This document shows positions 1 through 13,209 of a stretch of DNA of 64,000 nt, piece by piece. This DNA comes from Lama glama (Eukaryota). The stretch lies in NCBI GenBank assembly GCA_028534125.1, contig CM052817.1, positions 108,068,001-108,132,000 of the forward strand. The letters are read 5' to 3'. Under the pieces are notes generated by a model. It saw only the letters and a list, made by a program, of their open reading frames with translations, searched no databases and was not told the DNA's origin. The position numbers were made by a program, and so were the translations under genes. The number at the start of each line of letters is the position of its first letter. Within the stretch, counting starts at the first letter, position 1.

Positions 1-643
1 TGTCTATTTCCCTGATAAGGCACATTAAGTTTGGTAGCAATTGGAGGAATTATTTCTTGTACCACGTAGGAGAAAATGCTAAGAGCAACATTTTGCAGTT
101 TATTTTCAGGTACACATTTTGGCTGCATAGTGTGTACAGCAGTAGGATTGGGAATGGCCTAAAGAAATTTAATTTTTTCTATTTGGGGCTGTATGTTTCA
201 AGCTGATGGAGGTATTAAGTAAACCAATGATTTTAAAAAGGAAAAAAAATAGAGCCTTTTAAGGAAAAAAACCCTGAAGTGAAAACTTTAACATTAGCCA
301 ACTTCTGAATATTTCATTTTTACTTAACTCAAACCTCTTAAACCACATTATCATAAGTAATTCATAGACCTTCTCTAAAATATGAAGGAGTTATAAAGCA
401 ACTTTTCATATTTGAAGACAAGTCACGAAAATGCATTTGTATAAGTGGTATGCTCTATTTTGCTTCACAAATGCTAAGATTGCATATAATTGAGGACATT
501 ACGATTATTGTCTGTTTTCGTCTTCCTGAAGCAAAAGCTTCCGCGCCGCGGTTGACAGTTGCAACAATCTTTTTTTCTCACTTAATTTTATTGCCCTTGT
601 CAGGTTTCCAGCTCTTACTTACCTCGGTTGAGGACACAGAGGG

Positions 644-870
644 TGCAGGATATATTCTGTTCTGTTGCTCCTCCAGGTCTGTTTCCCCTGGTCTCCCCGC
701 TCCTTCCTGCCTTGGAGGCTGACCTGTGGACCAGACCAGGGGCTCGCTGGACTTCTCGCTTCCAGGTGGGTTTAGTCAACGGAGTGGCCCAGGAGGAGAA
801 TGAAGTTACTACATATCATTTATCCCCTTGACTCCCATGATGCACAGGCCAACTGTGTCCATCAGCTGGG
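644..870 (+). mobile_element. LTR33-like (ERVL) LTR, 5' part
   Basis: TGCAGGATATATTCTGTT...GGAGGCTGACCTGTGGAC...CTTCCAGGTGGGTTTAGTCAACGG resembles the LTR33 5' consensus as recalled; it continues after the nested LTR. Confidence 0.65.
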
Positions 871-884
871 GTGTTTTATTCTCA

Positions 885-1405
885 CTGTCCTTTCCTGCGG
901 GATTTTGTTTTCCAAGGTATGGTTGAGACAGGGCACAGCCACTGAAGGAGTGACACAGCAGTTGAGGACAGGACAGACTGGTTAGAACCAAGATGGCAGA
1001 AGGTTCGACTTCCAGTAGACCTTGAGCCTCCTGGCGCACCCACAGGTGCCATGACAGTGCCTCGGCTGACCCTAAAGCCCCAAAGTGGGCGGGGCCCAAT
1101 TCCTGGAAACCCCCAGCCCTGCCCCCAAATTAGCTGGAATAATCCTCCCATTCATTAACATGTGATTTTACCAAACCTGTAAAAACTAACAACTCCACGC
1201 CTCATGGTCACTCTGTCTTTTGCCTTCTAAGGTGGCCCAAATTCTGCTCACGGAATGTGTATTTCCTAAGCCACTCCCTTCTGAGTGAAATGGATGGCAC
1301 CCCAGCTAGGGAGTGTGTATCTCTCTAAATAAACTTGCTTTCAATTTACTATGCCTCGCCCTTAAATTCTTTCCTTCGTGAGGCAAGAACATACTCTCTG
1401 GCAAC
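885..1405 (+). mobile_element. MER41-like ERV1 solo LTR (artiodactyl type), nested in LTR33
   Basis: CTGGTTAGAACCAAGATGGCAGAAGGTTCGACTTCCAGTAGACCTTGAGCCTC, GCCATGACAG, AAGTGGGCGGGGCCCAATTCCTGGAAA and AATAAACTTGCTTTC are recalled MER41-family motifs. Confidence 0.7.
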
Positions 1406-1409
1406 ATGG

Positions 1410-1600
1410 TGACCCCCCTCGGCTCTTGTCCTTTGCACCCGGGACTGCATCTGCTCTGCTGTCACCAGCACCATAGACGCAACATCCTTTGTGGTTTCCT
1501 TCTGCCCTGCTTATACCTTTATATGTGGTTTTTAATTAAATCATTCTCAGGGGATTTATATTAGAGGGTGACATAAGTTTCCTGACAAACTTAACAAAGA
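1410..1600 (+). mobile_element. LTR33-like LTR, 3' part
   Basis: ATCCTTTGTGGTTTCCTTCTGCCCTGCTTATACCTTT...ATTAAATC...TTTCCTG resembles the LTR33 3' end. Confidence 0.6.
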
Positions 1601-2629
1601 TGCAAACAGAAAGGAATCTCTAGCAATGACCTAAGTAGCTACAGGTAATTCTTATTCAATTCAATTTGAGTCAGTGATTATTTAGCGAGAGCTTGTGAAG
1701 CAACTAAGTTCTTGGAGATGGAGGTGAGGAGGTGTGGGGGTGGAGACAAGGTAGAAAAGCAAAATAGTGTCCAGGAATAATCTCAGAGGACATGAAGCAC
1801 CATTTACATTTCTACTCTCCAATGTTTTTTTTGCCTACCACTCATCTTCCATGCTTCCTTTAAGACTTTTCTCAGTTATAGTTTTTGCTGGGAGAGACTA
1901 AGTCATTTATATACCCCACAGACCATGTTGGTGATGTTGATAATGGTGAATATTTGCTATATTATGGCTCTAACAGATGTTCAGATCTTGTCAATTTGAT
2001 AGTTCTGAACCAAAAAGCTAAGGCGTACAGGTCATGTTCATGTGAAATTGAACCTTTCCTCCCAAATGTACCTGTGTTTTTTAATTGGCTTTACCACCTC
2101 CTGACCCCCTCACTTTGCTCACCCTGGAACCAGAGTGTGATGTGAAAATGGTTTTCTCCCTTCCCATTAGGGAATTTCTTCTGCTTCTCTAGTGTAATTC
2201 TTCATTTCTATTTGTTTAGAATTTTAGACTAGGTATTACCAGAGCTCGAAGCAAAGTAAGCAAACAAATAAAAGAACACACATATTCAGGAATACATGTG
2301 TTTCATATCCATTATGATACGTCTTGCAACCATGTTTTACTTTATTTTGATCAGACGAAGAAAAAGGTAAGAGGTTTAAAGTAAGAATATCTATAAATAA
2401 AAGAGATTTTATAGAATAGTTTCTCCCTATTGCCAGGTAGACAAGTGAGATTAAAAGTACATGAAAGACTAAAAATAGTTATGAAAACTTTGGGGAAAAT
2501 ATAGTATCTTTGTAGATTCTGAGAACTGAAAAATTTGACATTCATTCTTAATTTTAAAATACTCATTTTTAAGAATGATGAAAACTCTTTCAAAGTGATG
2601 AAAGCTTTTTTACTAAGACTAAGATTGTA

Positions 2630-4330
2630 CTTAATAGTGAAATATTTGAAATGTTTTTCTACAATCTAAAACAAGAAATAACACCTACAACTCCGTAACT
2701 TAACATTGTACTAAGATATTAGCTACTAATTATTTAAGATACTAAAATTAGCCTACCCAATTAGACAAGGAAAATAAAAAGTTAAAAATTAAAAATGAGA
2801 GGATAAAACTATTTTCAGATTATGTGATTACATATTGAAAAGAGACAAGAGAACCAGCTAAAAATCCTTAAAATACGCAGTTATTCCAGATGCAATAGAG
2901 TGTAACTTAACTTAATGGAAATCAATGGTAATCAAACATAAAACAGAAAATACAATGAAACTTACATAAAACATAGAAAACACAATGAAAAAAAGATTCA
3001 ACAGAAATAAAATTTCTAGGAATATATAATAAGAAATATATGAAGCCATATTAAAATCTTTAAAGCTATCCTGAATGAACATAAGAAATTAAACAAATAG
3101 AAATAATAGAAAAAAATCAATATTCTTCCCAATAATTAATAGATTAACAACTGTAGGATGACTCAATTTATATATCATTTATTAACTACATAAATTGATA
3201 CCAAATTCACACATAATTTTTTGAAATTAAAACTCTGGAAAAGAAAAGCAATAAAGGGGCCTTTTTCTAATATATTTAACTTAGTAGATAAACTTAAGTA
3301 TGAAAACTGTGTAGAGACAGACGAATGCACTAGAACAAAAAAAAAATCAAACACTGAATCAAACACAAGACTTCAAGTGGATCTGATGTGAGCAGACGCA
3401 CTAGTCAACAAGTATGTTTTGAAATGAGTGCGCTGGGCTCTGGGTGGGAGGGCAGGGAAAGCTGGGCTCATACTTGCACAAAGACAAATTTCAGATGAGG
3501 TGATGGTTTACGTAAGAACACACAGAGTAAAAAGACAGCATGGGAGACTTCCTTCATACACTCAGAGTGAAAGGCCTTTGTACACTTGACACGAATATTC
3601 AGCAGTCATGATAAAGCTTGGTAAATTTAATGACATGAACGTCAAAAGTTACTGTATGATGGAGGGTAAAAACACAGCCACAATCAAAAGACAAGACCAA
3701 CTGGGGAAACATCATGACTAATGTCACATTTAAGTACTCCCAAACATGTAAAGGGAAATGACAGGAGGTAAGGAAGTCAATAGCAAAGAAGAGATGAGTC
3801 ACAGAAAAGGAAGGAAGTGTGCTCTTAGAAATAAGAAAAGGTGCAAAATATCATTCAGAAGAGAAATACAAATTAAGACTACAGTATTATTCCCTTTTAA
3901 TCCTTTACTTCTGACAAAATCCTAAAAGCTCAATAACCCACAATACTGGGAAAATTGTGCGTGGAGCCAATGGAATGTGATCTTTCAGGATGTTGGCTCA
4001 AATCGACATCCATGTGACTCCAGTTGTGCTGCAGGGGGGTCTCCGGGGGTGGGGTGGTCGAGGATTGAGGACTGGCATTCTCGCACATCCTTGTGGAGGT
4101 GTGACGTGCTACAGCAACTGTATGGAGTGACTTCAGTTTTCAAAAGGATTCAATATGCATACATCTTGGTGACAGCAGTTCTCCTGGAGTTCCTAGTTTC
4201 ACGCTGGTGCATAAATGCGAAAGAACTTAAGTACAAGTTTTCTTTATTGCAGTGTTATCTCTATTAGCAAAAGGGTACTGCTAGTTATGTAACAAATGAG
4301 ATTTCCCGGCAATGTTTACTAATCAGCCAT
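2630..4330 (+). mobile_element. Ancient degraded L1 (L1M/L1ME type) ORF2-3' fragments
   Basis: A-rich strand with decayed L1 ORF2 motifs (TTAACATTGTACTAAGA, CTATTTTCAGATTATGTGATT, AATTTCTAGGAATA, AAATACAAATTAAGACTACAGT). Confidence 0.55.
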
Positions 4331-4616
4331 GAACACAGGAGTAGGAAGTGCTCCCTCTCTTGATAGGAAAAGATGTCTCAATTTTTAAGTGAAAAAAAAC
4401 ACACAAAAAAAAAAACTCCCAGAAAAATGAATGTAGTGTGCTACCTTTTGTGTAAAAGACAGAGGAACAGAATATGTAGTCTGGACTGGCTTGAACACAT
4501 GTAGACACAGAAAAAAATCAGAAAGAAAAAAGTAAGTAAAACAAATAGTAGTAACGGTTGAGTTGTTTTGTTGGGTGGAGATGCAAACAAGTAGACTGGC
4601 GTCAAAGGTGGGAAGA

Positions 4617-4987
4617 TGTCTTAGTCAGTCTGGGCTGTAATAATCAGATTCCACAGACTGGGGGAGCTTCAGCAACCAACATTTACATCTCACAGTTCCG
4701 GAGATGGGAAGTCCAAGATCAAAGCTCTCGAGATCCCGTGTCTGGTGAGGGCACCCTTCCTGGTGTGCACGTAGCCGTCTTTTGCTTGTACGTACCTTCA
4801 CACAATTGAAAGAGTGAGCTCTGGTCTCCTTCCACAGATAAGGGCATGGATCACATCGTGGGAGCTCTACCCCACTGACTGCCTCCAAACCCGATCACCT
4901 CCCACAGGCCCCACTTCCAAACACCACCACCTGGGGATGAGGGCCTTAACATGTGAATTTGGGGAGACACAAAACATTTAGTCCACA
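4617..4987 (-). mobile_element. MLT1A/B-type MaLR LTR
   Basis: TGTCTTAGTCAG...CTCACAGTTCCGGAGATGGGAAGTCCAAGATCAA...AACATGTGAATTTGGGGAGACACAAAACATTTAGTCCACA is a reverse-complemented MLT1. Confidence 0.8.
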
Positions 4988-5944
4988 GGAGAAGAAAACT
5001 TTCCACAGTGCACTTTTTGATAGTTTCTGATGCCTAAAATTTGTGAATGTTTATCACCTATTCAAAATTTAAAATAAAAGCCTTCTTCAAGATTCATAGA
5101 GATGTGCCCACCAAAAATCGAGACTTGAGAGATGAGGTGACAGAGAAGAGAAGCGAAAATTTAAAGAAGGGTTAACATTATATCCTGCCATTTGTAAACT
5201 AATGTCCTGTTGAACTGGCCACCTGCATTTAGCCACCATTCAAAAAGGTTAGAAGTTGTTTATGGACAGACATTGTCTCCTTCAAATCTTCATAATTTTT
5301 AGAAAACTTGGCATTTTTACTAATACTTTAAATTATCCCAAACTTTGTATTTAAATTCCATAGATTATGAGAGTCAAAATGTCAGTAATACTTTCAAGAT
5401 ATAGATACAAGGAAATGCAAATGATGAGTGAATTACAAAAGGAAACACCCCCTCTGAGAGCATCCTCCAGAAGGGAACAGGCTGTTGTGTTCTCTGTGAG
5501 GTGGGAGCCCCAGATGGCCAAGTTCTGGAGAGGGTTGGCGGTGATGAAGAGGACGAGGTGATAGAAAGTTGGTATTTGGGGGGGAATTAAACTGAGACAA
5601 AGCACTGAATCATTTGGCCCCGTGGCATTTTTTATGCATGTGAGTTGGGTGGCTCTGTCTGCCATGAATACAGAGAATTACTTGCTTCTGGATTGCCCAT
5701 GTTACTCATAGTTAGTCATAGAAATTCCCTCTCTTTTAAAGTGGGAAACGGACTGCGGTACACATCACATACAAACTTGAAATTTCACGGTGTGGGGGGA
5801 GGAAAAGAGTTTCATAGTAAATAACTCCAGAAGGAATACCTGAGCTGGGAGACAGCAGGTATGCTAGGCAAATCATTTCCAAAAAATTTACGGAATCCTA
5901 GTCTTGTAATACCCAAACAAGAGTGTTGGGTTTATAAACAACAA

Positions 5945-6260
5945 GAGATGTTTAGGGCAATGAAATTATTCTGTATGATACTATAGTGGCGGCTACATGT
6001 CATTATGCATTTGTCAAAGCTCATAGAATGTACAACATCAAGAGTGAACCCTAATGTGAACTGTGGACTTTGGTTGATAATAATGTGCCCATGCTTGTTC
6101 ATCGATTGTACCAAATATGCCTCACTGATGAGGGATGTTGAGGGCAGAGGAGTATGTATGTGTGGGTGGGGAGGGCTATGTGTGAACTCTGTATTTTCTG
6201 TGCAATTCTGCTGTGAACCTGAAACTCTTCTAAAAGAATAATGTCTATTAAAAAAAAAAA
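5945..6260 (+). mobile_element. L1MC-type 3' UTR with poly(A)
   Basis: TTTAGGGCAATGAAATTATTCTGTATGATACT...GAGTGAACCCTAATGTGAACTGTGGACTTTGG...A-tail. Confidence 0.75.
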
Positions 6261-7119
6261 CACTAGATATGTCAGCAAAATCTGAAATGTTTGAAAAGAA
6301 TCCTCTCTGTAGTCATAAGGGTTAAAACCTTTGCCAGCAAAATCTTAGTACACTTTGCAATATGCATACAATTTTATATATAAAATTTTATGACAGATAT
6401 CACACAAGTCTGAGTTGAAGTCTTGCTCAGAGAAAGCAGATTTTATTAATAAATTAATCAGCCAGATGTTCTCATTCTGCTGTCAATATCACCCGCCTCC
6501 CAAGACAGAACCACTTCCAAGGACAGCCGAGAACAGAGGGCAGACATCACTGGGAATATATCTGTCTGTCGGCAGAGCGTTTATTCTTTCTCATCACAGC
6601 GTCCTTCCACGGTCTGCCCTTGAGAATTCTTGCTATTTTACAATCTTTGGGAAATTCCAGCAAAAGTGGAATCTAGATTTTTGAGACATTTTGTCCCTGA
6701 ATCCATTTCTCCATGTCTGTAAGAGGGCAGCAGGCAAACAAACCTCAGATTCCATGATTCAGTACAAGTTCAGTTCATCTACGTTGTCTCTTCAACATGG
6801 TTGAAAAAACGTACATCACCCCCTGCTGATTAATCTAAATTTAAATTCATGCCTGCTGACTTCCAGGATCCAGGAGTGTGACATTCAATTTTACCACATT
6901 TACCCAGGCTTTTGACACTCTTTCCCACCTTTTTTTGCCCTTAATTAGATCATTTCCATCATTATTCAAATATGCTGTACCTGCGCTTTAAATATCCTGC
7001 CGTTACCATGGAGGACTTCTCCAGGTACTGCCTGATTTCACTGTTCCTCCTACAGCAAAGTGTGCTGTGTGAGTTGTTAATGCTTTCCGTCCTCATTTGA
7101 TCTCTTTCTGTTTCTAACA

Positions 7120-8560
7120 AAATGCGGTAAGACTTACTCTCCACTGATAGGTCTCTCATCCGGGTCACCTATCTTCTGCCAAATCCAGGGGTGATTTTTA
7201 GCCTCCCTACTCTGCGTATCAATCAGCATTTGAGTTTATAACACTTTATTTGTTTTTTTGCTGTTGTTGATGTGTACTTAGTTTACAGTGTGTCAATGTC
7301 TGGTGTACAACATGTTTCCATTATACATATACATACATATATTCGTTTTCATATTCTTTTTCATTATAAGTTACTATAAGATATTGAATATAGTTCCCTG
7401 TGCTACACAGAAGAAATTTGTTGTTTATCTATTTTGTGTATAGTAGTTAGTATCTGCTAATCCCAAACTCTCAATTTATCCCTTCACACCCCCTTTCCCT
7501 TCAGTAACCATGAGTTTGTCTACTCTGTGAGTCTGTTTCCATTTTGTAGAGTTCATTATTGTCTTCTTTTACCTTTTTTTAGATTCCACATATGAGTGAT
7601 ATCATATGATATTTTTCTTTCGCTGTCTGAGTTACTTCATTTAGAATAACAATCTCTAGGTCCATCCATGTTACTGCAAAGGCTTGATTTTATTCTTTTC
7701 TATGGCTGAGTAGTATTCCATGGTATAAATATACCATAGCTTCTTTATCCAGTCATCTGTCACTGGACATTTAGGTTGTTTCCGTGTCCTGGCTATCGTA
7801 AATAGTGCTGCTGTGAACATTGGGATGCATGTATCTTTTCAAATTAGAGTTTCCTCTGGATATATGCCCAGGAGTTGGATTGCTGGATCATATGGTGAGT
7901 CTATTTTTAGTTTATTTTTTAAACATTCTCCTCACAAAGGACACTCTAGGAGTCACTCTCTCAGCTCTCTCCCACATCAGTCTCACTCTGCTCAATGCTA
8001 CTCATCAGAAACCAGGGCTCATTCCTGGATCTCTACTGTAGTAAACTCACGCTAAACACAACCTCCTGTGTCTCATGATTTTATATCCCATCTATTTCTG
8101 ATGACTGAAATTAAACCAACAGCCTGTAATTCAAACCAAACCTTAAGATGTAAACGTCTGCAATACCATTGGCTATCTAAGCAGTATTCCATCCAGTTTT
8201 CAAATGTAAGATGCACAGACCAACTTCTTGGTTTGGATCCCCACTGACTCACAATGTAGCTTTTTTCTTGGTCTTCCCCATCTCAGTAAAGAGAAACTTT
8301 GTTCCGCCATTTGCTTAGACCAAAAGTGTTCACAATAGCCCTGATTCTTCTGCGTCACATGTCGTATGTAACCCTCTAACAAGGACAGAGCAAGGGACTC
8401 AGCCTCTCCCTGATTCTTCCTTTGACTATGCTCTTCCCTCAACAAACACAAAACTCACTCTGATATTTCATTGAGATTGCTGACCGCCTATCACAATATC
8501 AAAGTGCTTTTCTGGATGAGCTGTAGATAACTGCGTCTCTCTAATCAGTCTCCAGTGTCC
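7120..8560 (+). mobile_element. L2 fragments, interrupted by the young L1 at ~7250-7920
   Basis: GGTCACCTATCTTCTGCCAAATCCAGGGG...CAGCATTTGA, and pyrimidine-rich L2-like sequence after 7920. Confidence 0.45.
7250..7920 (-). mobile_element. Young 5'-truncated L1 (camelid/artiodactyl L1 3' end)
   Basis: T-rich tail then GATATTGAATATAGTTCCCTGTGCTA, AGATTCCACATATGAGTGATATCATATG, GGCTGAGTAGTATTCC, GGATTGCTGGATCATATGG. Confidence 0.9.
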
Positions 8561-8698
8561 TTAGACCCCTGCCTCCTGGTCTCCTAACCTCCAATCTCTC
8601 CCTTCCTTCCTCCCTTCCTTCCATCTTTCCATCCTCCCTCCCTCTCCACCTTCCAGGAGACTAGAGAATGAAAATGAAACAACAACATTAGTGGACAC

Positions 8699-9195
8699 TG
8701 TCAACTAAAATAAACGCACAACCTAAAAGTCAAGAGTTAGGTTTCGTTCGGCAGACATTTCTGAGGACGCAAACCCCTTAGAGCCGAGATGACAGCCTCT
8801 CAGATCGCTCTGAGGGACTGATCTGAAGAGGTAGGGGAGGAGCCAGGATATGTAGGAGCTTTACAACAAAGACCAGGTACTTGGAATATTAAAAGATTAC
8901 TTGTTAACTAAAGAAAACCAGGCATCTCAAGTTGAAGAATTTAGCGCTATTCTATGTATGGGAGGAAGCAGACATTTAGGCTCATTGAATTCATTCCTTT
9001 AACAAGGACCCAGCTATCCAGGGCCAGTATCCTGTCCTCTCCTATTCTGAGTCCCCTCAGGGTGCACCACTGTGAGTGGCTGCAGAGCCTGGGCTGCAGG
9101 CCTGTCCTCCCTAGGGGGTGGCGGCAGCCGCTGATTCCTTGATGGTTTCAGCATTCTTTGTTTACCGATATGGTTTGCAGTATTTTTCATTCACA
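8699..9195 (-). mobile_element. ERV1-type solo LTR
   Basis: TG...CA termini, about 500 bp, flanked by ACAC (8695-8698) and GCAC (9196-9199), a 4-bp TSD with one mismatch. Orientation is inferred from the terminal GTTGTGCGTTTATTTTAGTTGACA on the minus strand. Confidence 0.7.
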
Positions 9196-12151
9196 GCACC
9201 GTATCTTAAGCCCCTGAAATAAGTAGACAATTTGGAGGAATTTGGGTTTCTCTAGTCATTTAGATTTGGGGCTTTGAAGCAAATTGTACATAAATTTTGA
9301 AGTTCAGAGAAGACTCTATTAAGACATGAATAGAAAGCATAATTGACTTTTACATCCAGTTTTACTCCCAATATGTAAACTTGTATTCTGACTATATTCC
9401 CTCCCAATTTAAGTACTTCACGTCCTGAAGCTCACCCATTCTTTTCTCTTCCTCCCGTTGCTTTGTTTTATCTTTCTTTCGTGCTTGTCTTTTTCCACCA
9501 CTACCCACCTCATGCACGTGGTAGGCAGATTGAAATGAACTGCACTTTCTGATATCTGGTCTGTGTTAGTGTTTCAAGAAGATGAGGTTATAGGAAATGT
9601 TTGCTCTTGTAAGATGTACATGAAACATCCTTCCCAGAGACCATACACTAGCTATTGACCTTGGCCACACATCTTGTTTCTGGTTTCTCGGTACACGGGC
9701 AAGAAATCATGCAGGTTGAAAAAAATCACTATCATTAGAAAGAACACCTATCTTTCTGACAGTAATAAGTGTAAGAAGGAAGGTCACTCTATTATCTGGA
9801 TAAGTGTAGAATAAAGGTTCACTCTACACCAAATTTTTGGCTTTGATTGATTTATTACTACACAATGGAAAATCAAGGTCTTTTGGTTTTCAAGTCCTTT
9901 CTGAATGTTTCTTTTTCTTTTTTTCCCCCTTTGTCTTGTGCCAAAATAGGCAGAAATCAAGCTCCTGTAGGTGACGCTGTGGTGTAAGTCTCTAGATTGG
10001 TTTATAATGCAGCAGACATTTATAATAGTACCTCCCACCGGAAATTTATCAAACCACTCACACAAATGCAGCTTTTACTTTAATAGATTAGTGCCTTTTG
10101 GTGAGCCAATCAAAATATAGCTAGAAAATACTTCAGCTTTCTTCACTAGGATAGTTTTATTAAAAAGGTAGTGTAATCATTTCAAAGAGACAGACTGTGA
10201 CCATAATTTCTTCTGCCAAAGAAATGAAGCATTTTGGGGAGGGGGAGTCACCACCTACCACATACTCCAAGTTACTGCTTAAGAAAGGTGTGACTACCTG
10301 ACTAAGAAATAATTTTTATAGAAGTAACCTTTCCAAATACTCTGCAAGAACTGTCTCCATGACTTTTGGAGGGGTAATTATACCACCTGAATAATGTATC
10401 ATACGATATGCAAAAATACTGAACACTTACAACAAAGCCAGAGCATCTGTAGTGGGTTAGTGTTGCTGTTTTATGTCAATTACCAACTGTTCTTTTAAAT
10501 AATATTTTATCTTTAAATTTTTTTATGGCAGGGAGTAGGAAACAGGTTTTGCTACAAAAGGTATCCCGTTGATTTGCTGAAAGGAAAAATTCAACTTAAG
10601 CCAAAGAATGAACTTAAAGGCATAACACCCTTTTGCTGAAACGTGCCTGGTGTAACTGTGCTCAGCTAGGCACCGGTTAGTACTGAAGAGTCTGCATTTA
10701 GGACAAACAGCCGGCTCATCTGAGAAGCAATGTGTGATTAGGAAGAAGAAGAGCTGATGTACCAAAGATGCATTGTTTGGAATAAGTCAGTTGGGAATTT
10801 GCTATGAGGGAAAATATAAGGTAGGGAACGATCTTTAGTTAACCAGCTACACAATCCTGTTGTCCAGCATTTACTTGCCCAAAACTTGCCCAAAGCCAAG
10901 AATTGCAGGTTTCTCCATCCATCACCCTCTTATTTCCTCCTAAAATCCACATGGGGGTGGGGGGGGCGCATCCGGAACTTGAGAGACCTGTTCCTTTGGT
11001 GCCTCTTTTATTAATCAGATCACTATCTGAGGCAGTTACTTATTTCTTCTCTTCTAAATCTACTTTCTTTCTATATAAAATGAATGATCTGAAATTGACA
11101 AATGTCCACAACCTCTTCAATGTCTCCAAATCTTTAAGATAAAAGTATATTAAACATATTCCAAAATGGGAGGAAATGTGATAGCAAATGATTAAAGCAA
11201 TGATCCTAAGTAATGCCTACTTCTGAGCTTTGCTAAAAATGTCAATTTGGAGTTGGAAACGTAGGCATTCAATTTTCACTGCCTAGTGTAATTTGAGTAA
11301 AATGACAGAACCACCTATTCAATGCCATTACTGAATTAGTTTGCCCTTAAAGTGCAGCATAGCACACCATTAAATGATGCACTTATTAATGATACACTTG
11401 AAAACATTTGTAGGAAGAATCCTAGTATCATTTAGTTGCAAACCACCTTTTCACCATGTAGCCCAATAGTCCTTAAAGTGCACCCTATGCTTTGGTGAGG
11501 CAAAGCCACCACTCTTATGCATGTACAGACCAGACATCACCCCTCTCGGCTCACCCCTTCATCTTCATTATGTTCTCTACTCACCATCTCTCCCTAAACA
11601 GGCCACTCAGTGTAACTCAAATTTCACCCACATAGAAGGATTACTACAAGTATTTTTTTTCCTTCTACTATTCACCCACTTCTCTGGATCTCACCTTCTG
11701 ATCTCAAACCACTAGTTGTGTCCGACCTCTCGTAGCCTTAATGCTGTAAGTCACCTGTACCCACGTAAGCTCCATGCTGTTCTACTGCAGGTCGCTGTGA
11801 GCTTGTTTCCTAATGATCCATGCAGCAACTGATGCTGTCTTTACCTCCCTCACTAATACCCAAGTTCTGTGGACGCCAACCACGTCTTCCACTAGTCCTG
11901 AACCCTTGACCTCAGTTTGATGCTTACCTCTTAATCTCAGAAATTAGTATTTGTTCCCTGACATCTCTACTATGTAAGTTTCAGTTTTTCCTGTTGACTT
12001 TTGGCTTAGTTCCCCCGAACTCTTTTTTTTTTTTTTGTATCTTGCTTTATTTGTCCATACGTTAGTTAGTTGATATGACATAAAATCATTATCTGTATAC
12101 TTAATATGAAATTTTGTAGGAAAAACATTTTTTCCTATATTTATCTATGTA

Positions 12152-12154
<3 letters not shown>

Positions 12155-12188
<34 letters not shown>
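12155..12188. repeat. (GT)17 microsatellite
   Basis: Perfect GT dinucleotide run. Confidence 0.95.
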
Positions 12189-12189
<1 letters not shown>

Positions 12190-13209
12190 GGGGGCATCAA
12201 CAGGAACAAAATATGTTATCATGTGACTTACAACCTAATACAGCTATTGATAATCTGGTCAGAAAAGCCTTAGCTTTACCTTTCCTTTCTACCTGTCCTC
12301 TGTGTTCCCGCTGTCACCATTTCAGTGGCAAGTTTTAATTAAAAATATAAGATAAAAATCTTCAGTCTTAAAGAACAGTAAAAGAATTATCAAAATGTTC
12401 TTATTTTTAAAAACCCAAAGACCCTTTGATTTCTGAAAAATCTTTTAAATGCTTTGTTTCTCTCCAACCACCTTTTCTTATTAATTAAAAAAAACAACTT
12501 TTTTTGTTTTTTGTTAATTAAAAAAAACTATCAAACTAGACTAACATAAAACACATTTTTAAAACTATGTTCTCTCCGGCATTTAAATTTTAGGACCAAG
12601 AAACCCTCTTGCTCTTAATTTAAATATAACATTCGGCTAAATTTATAATGTGGAAAGAAGCAATTGTTTTCTAACTAGAGCCTAATAAATCAGTACATTG
12701 TAGCAGCTACTAAAGGCAGTAGAGCAGTGGTAATAAAATAAAAGACCTGAAACAACATAATGACTTTAATTATGCCTGAGTATGTTCAAGGGTATTGTTT
12801 TTTTTTTCTCACACCCAATTTTTAAAAAGAGCTGTAGACAGCTGTCAGTCTGACATTTTATCCAAAAAAAAAGTGAAATATTTACTTATGTAGAAAGATA
12901 CTAAAAATAGACACCAAAAACAACTCTTGCAATATTATGTTAAAATATTTATCTACTGATTATAATCTAAACAATTATGAACTGAAGATGAAATACTCCA
13001 AAATTTTGGCATCTAATTCTAATTCTTCTTATATAATCTGTCCTAGAATCTATACTTGGTTTTTACTGAATGTTTTCTTATAGCTTAGTGGTTTTAGGGG
13101 AGTGATCTTATACAGATAGGTTTACTACTATAAAACAATCATCAAGACCAATTTTTAAGTATCTTAAATTACTTTTATTCAGCTCATCCTCAAAATGTGT
13201 GCACCATTA

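Noticed and set aside
5421..5458. C/D-box-like motifs (ATGATGA...CTGA)
   Set aside because: Spacing is too short and there is no terminal stem, so it is not a snoRNA.
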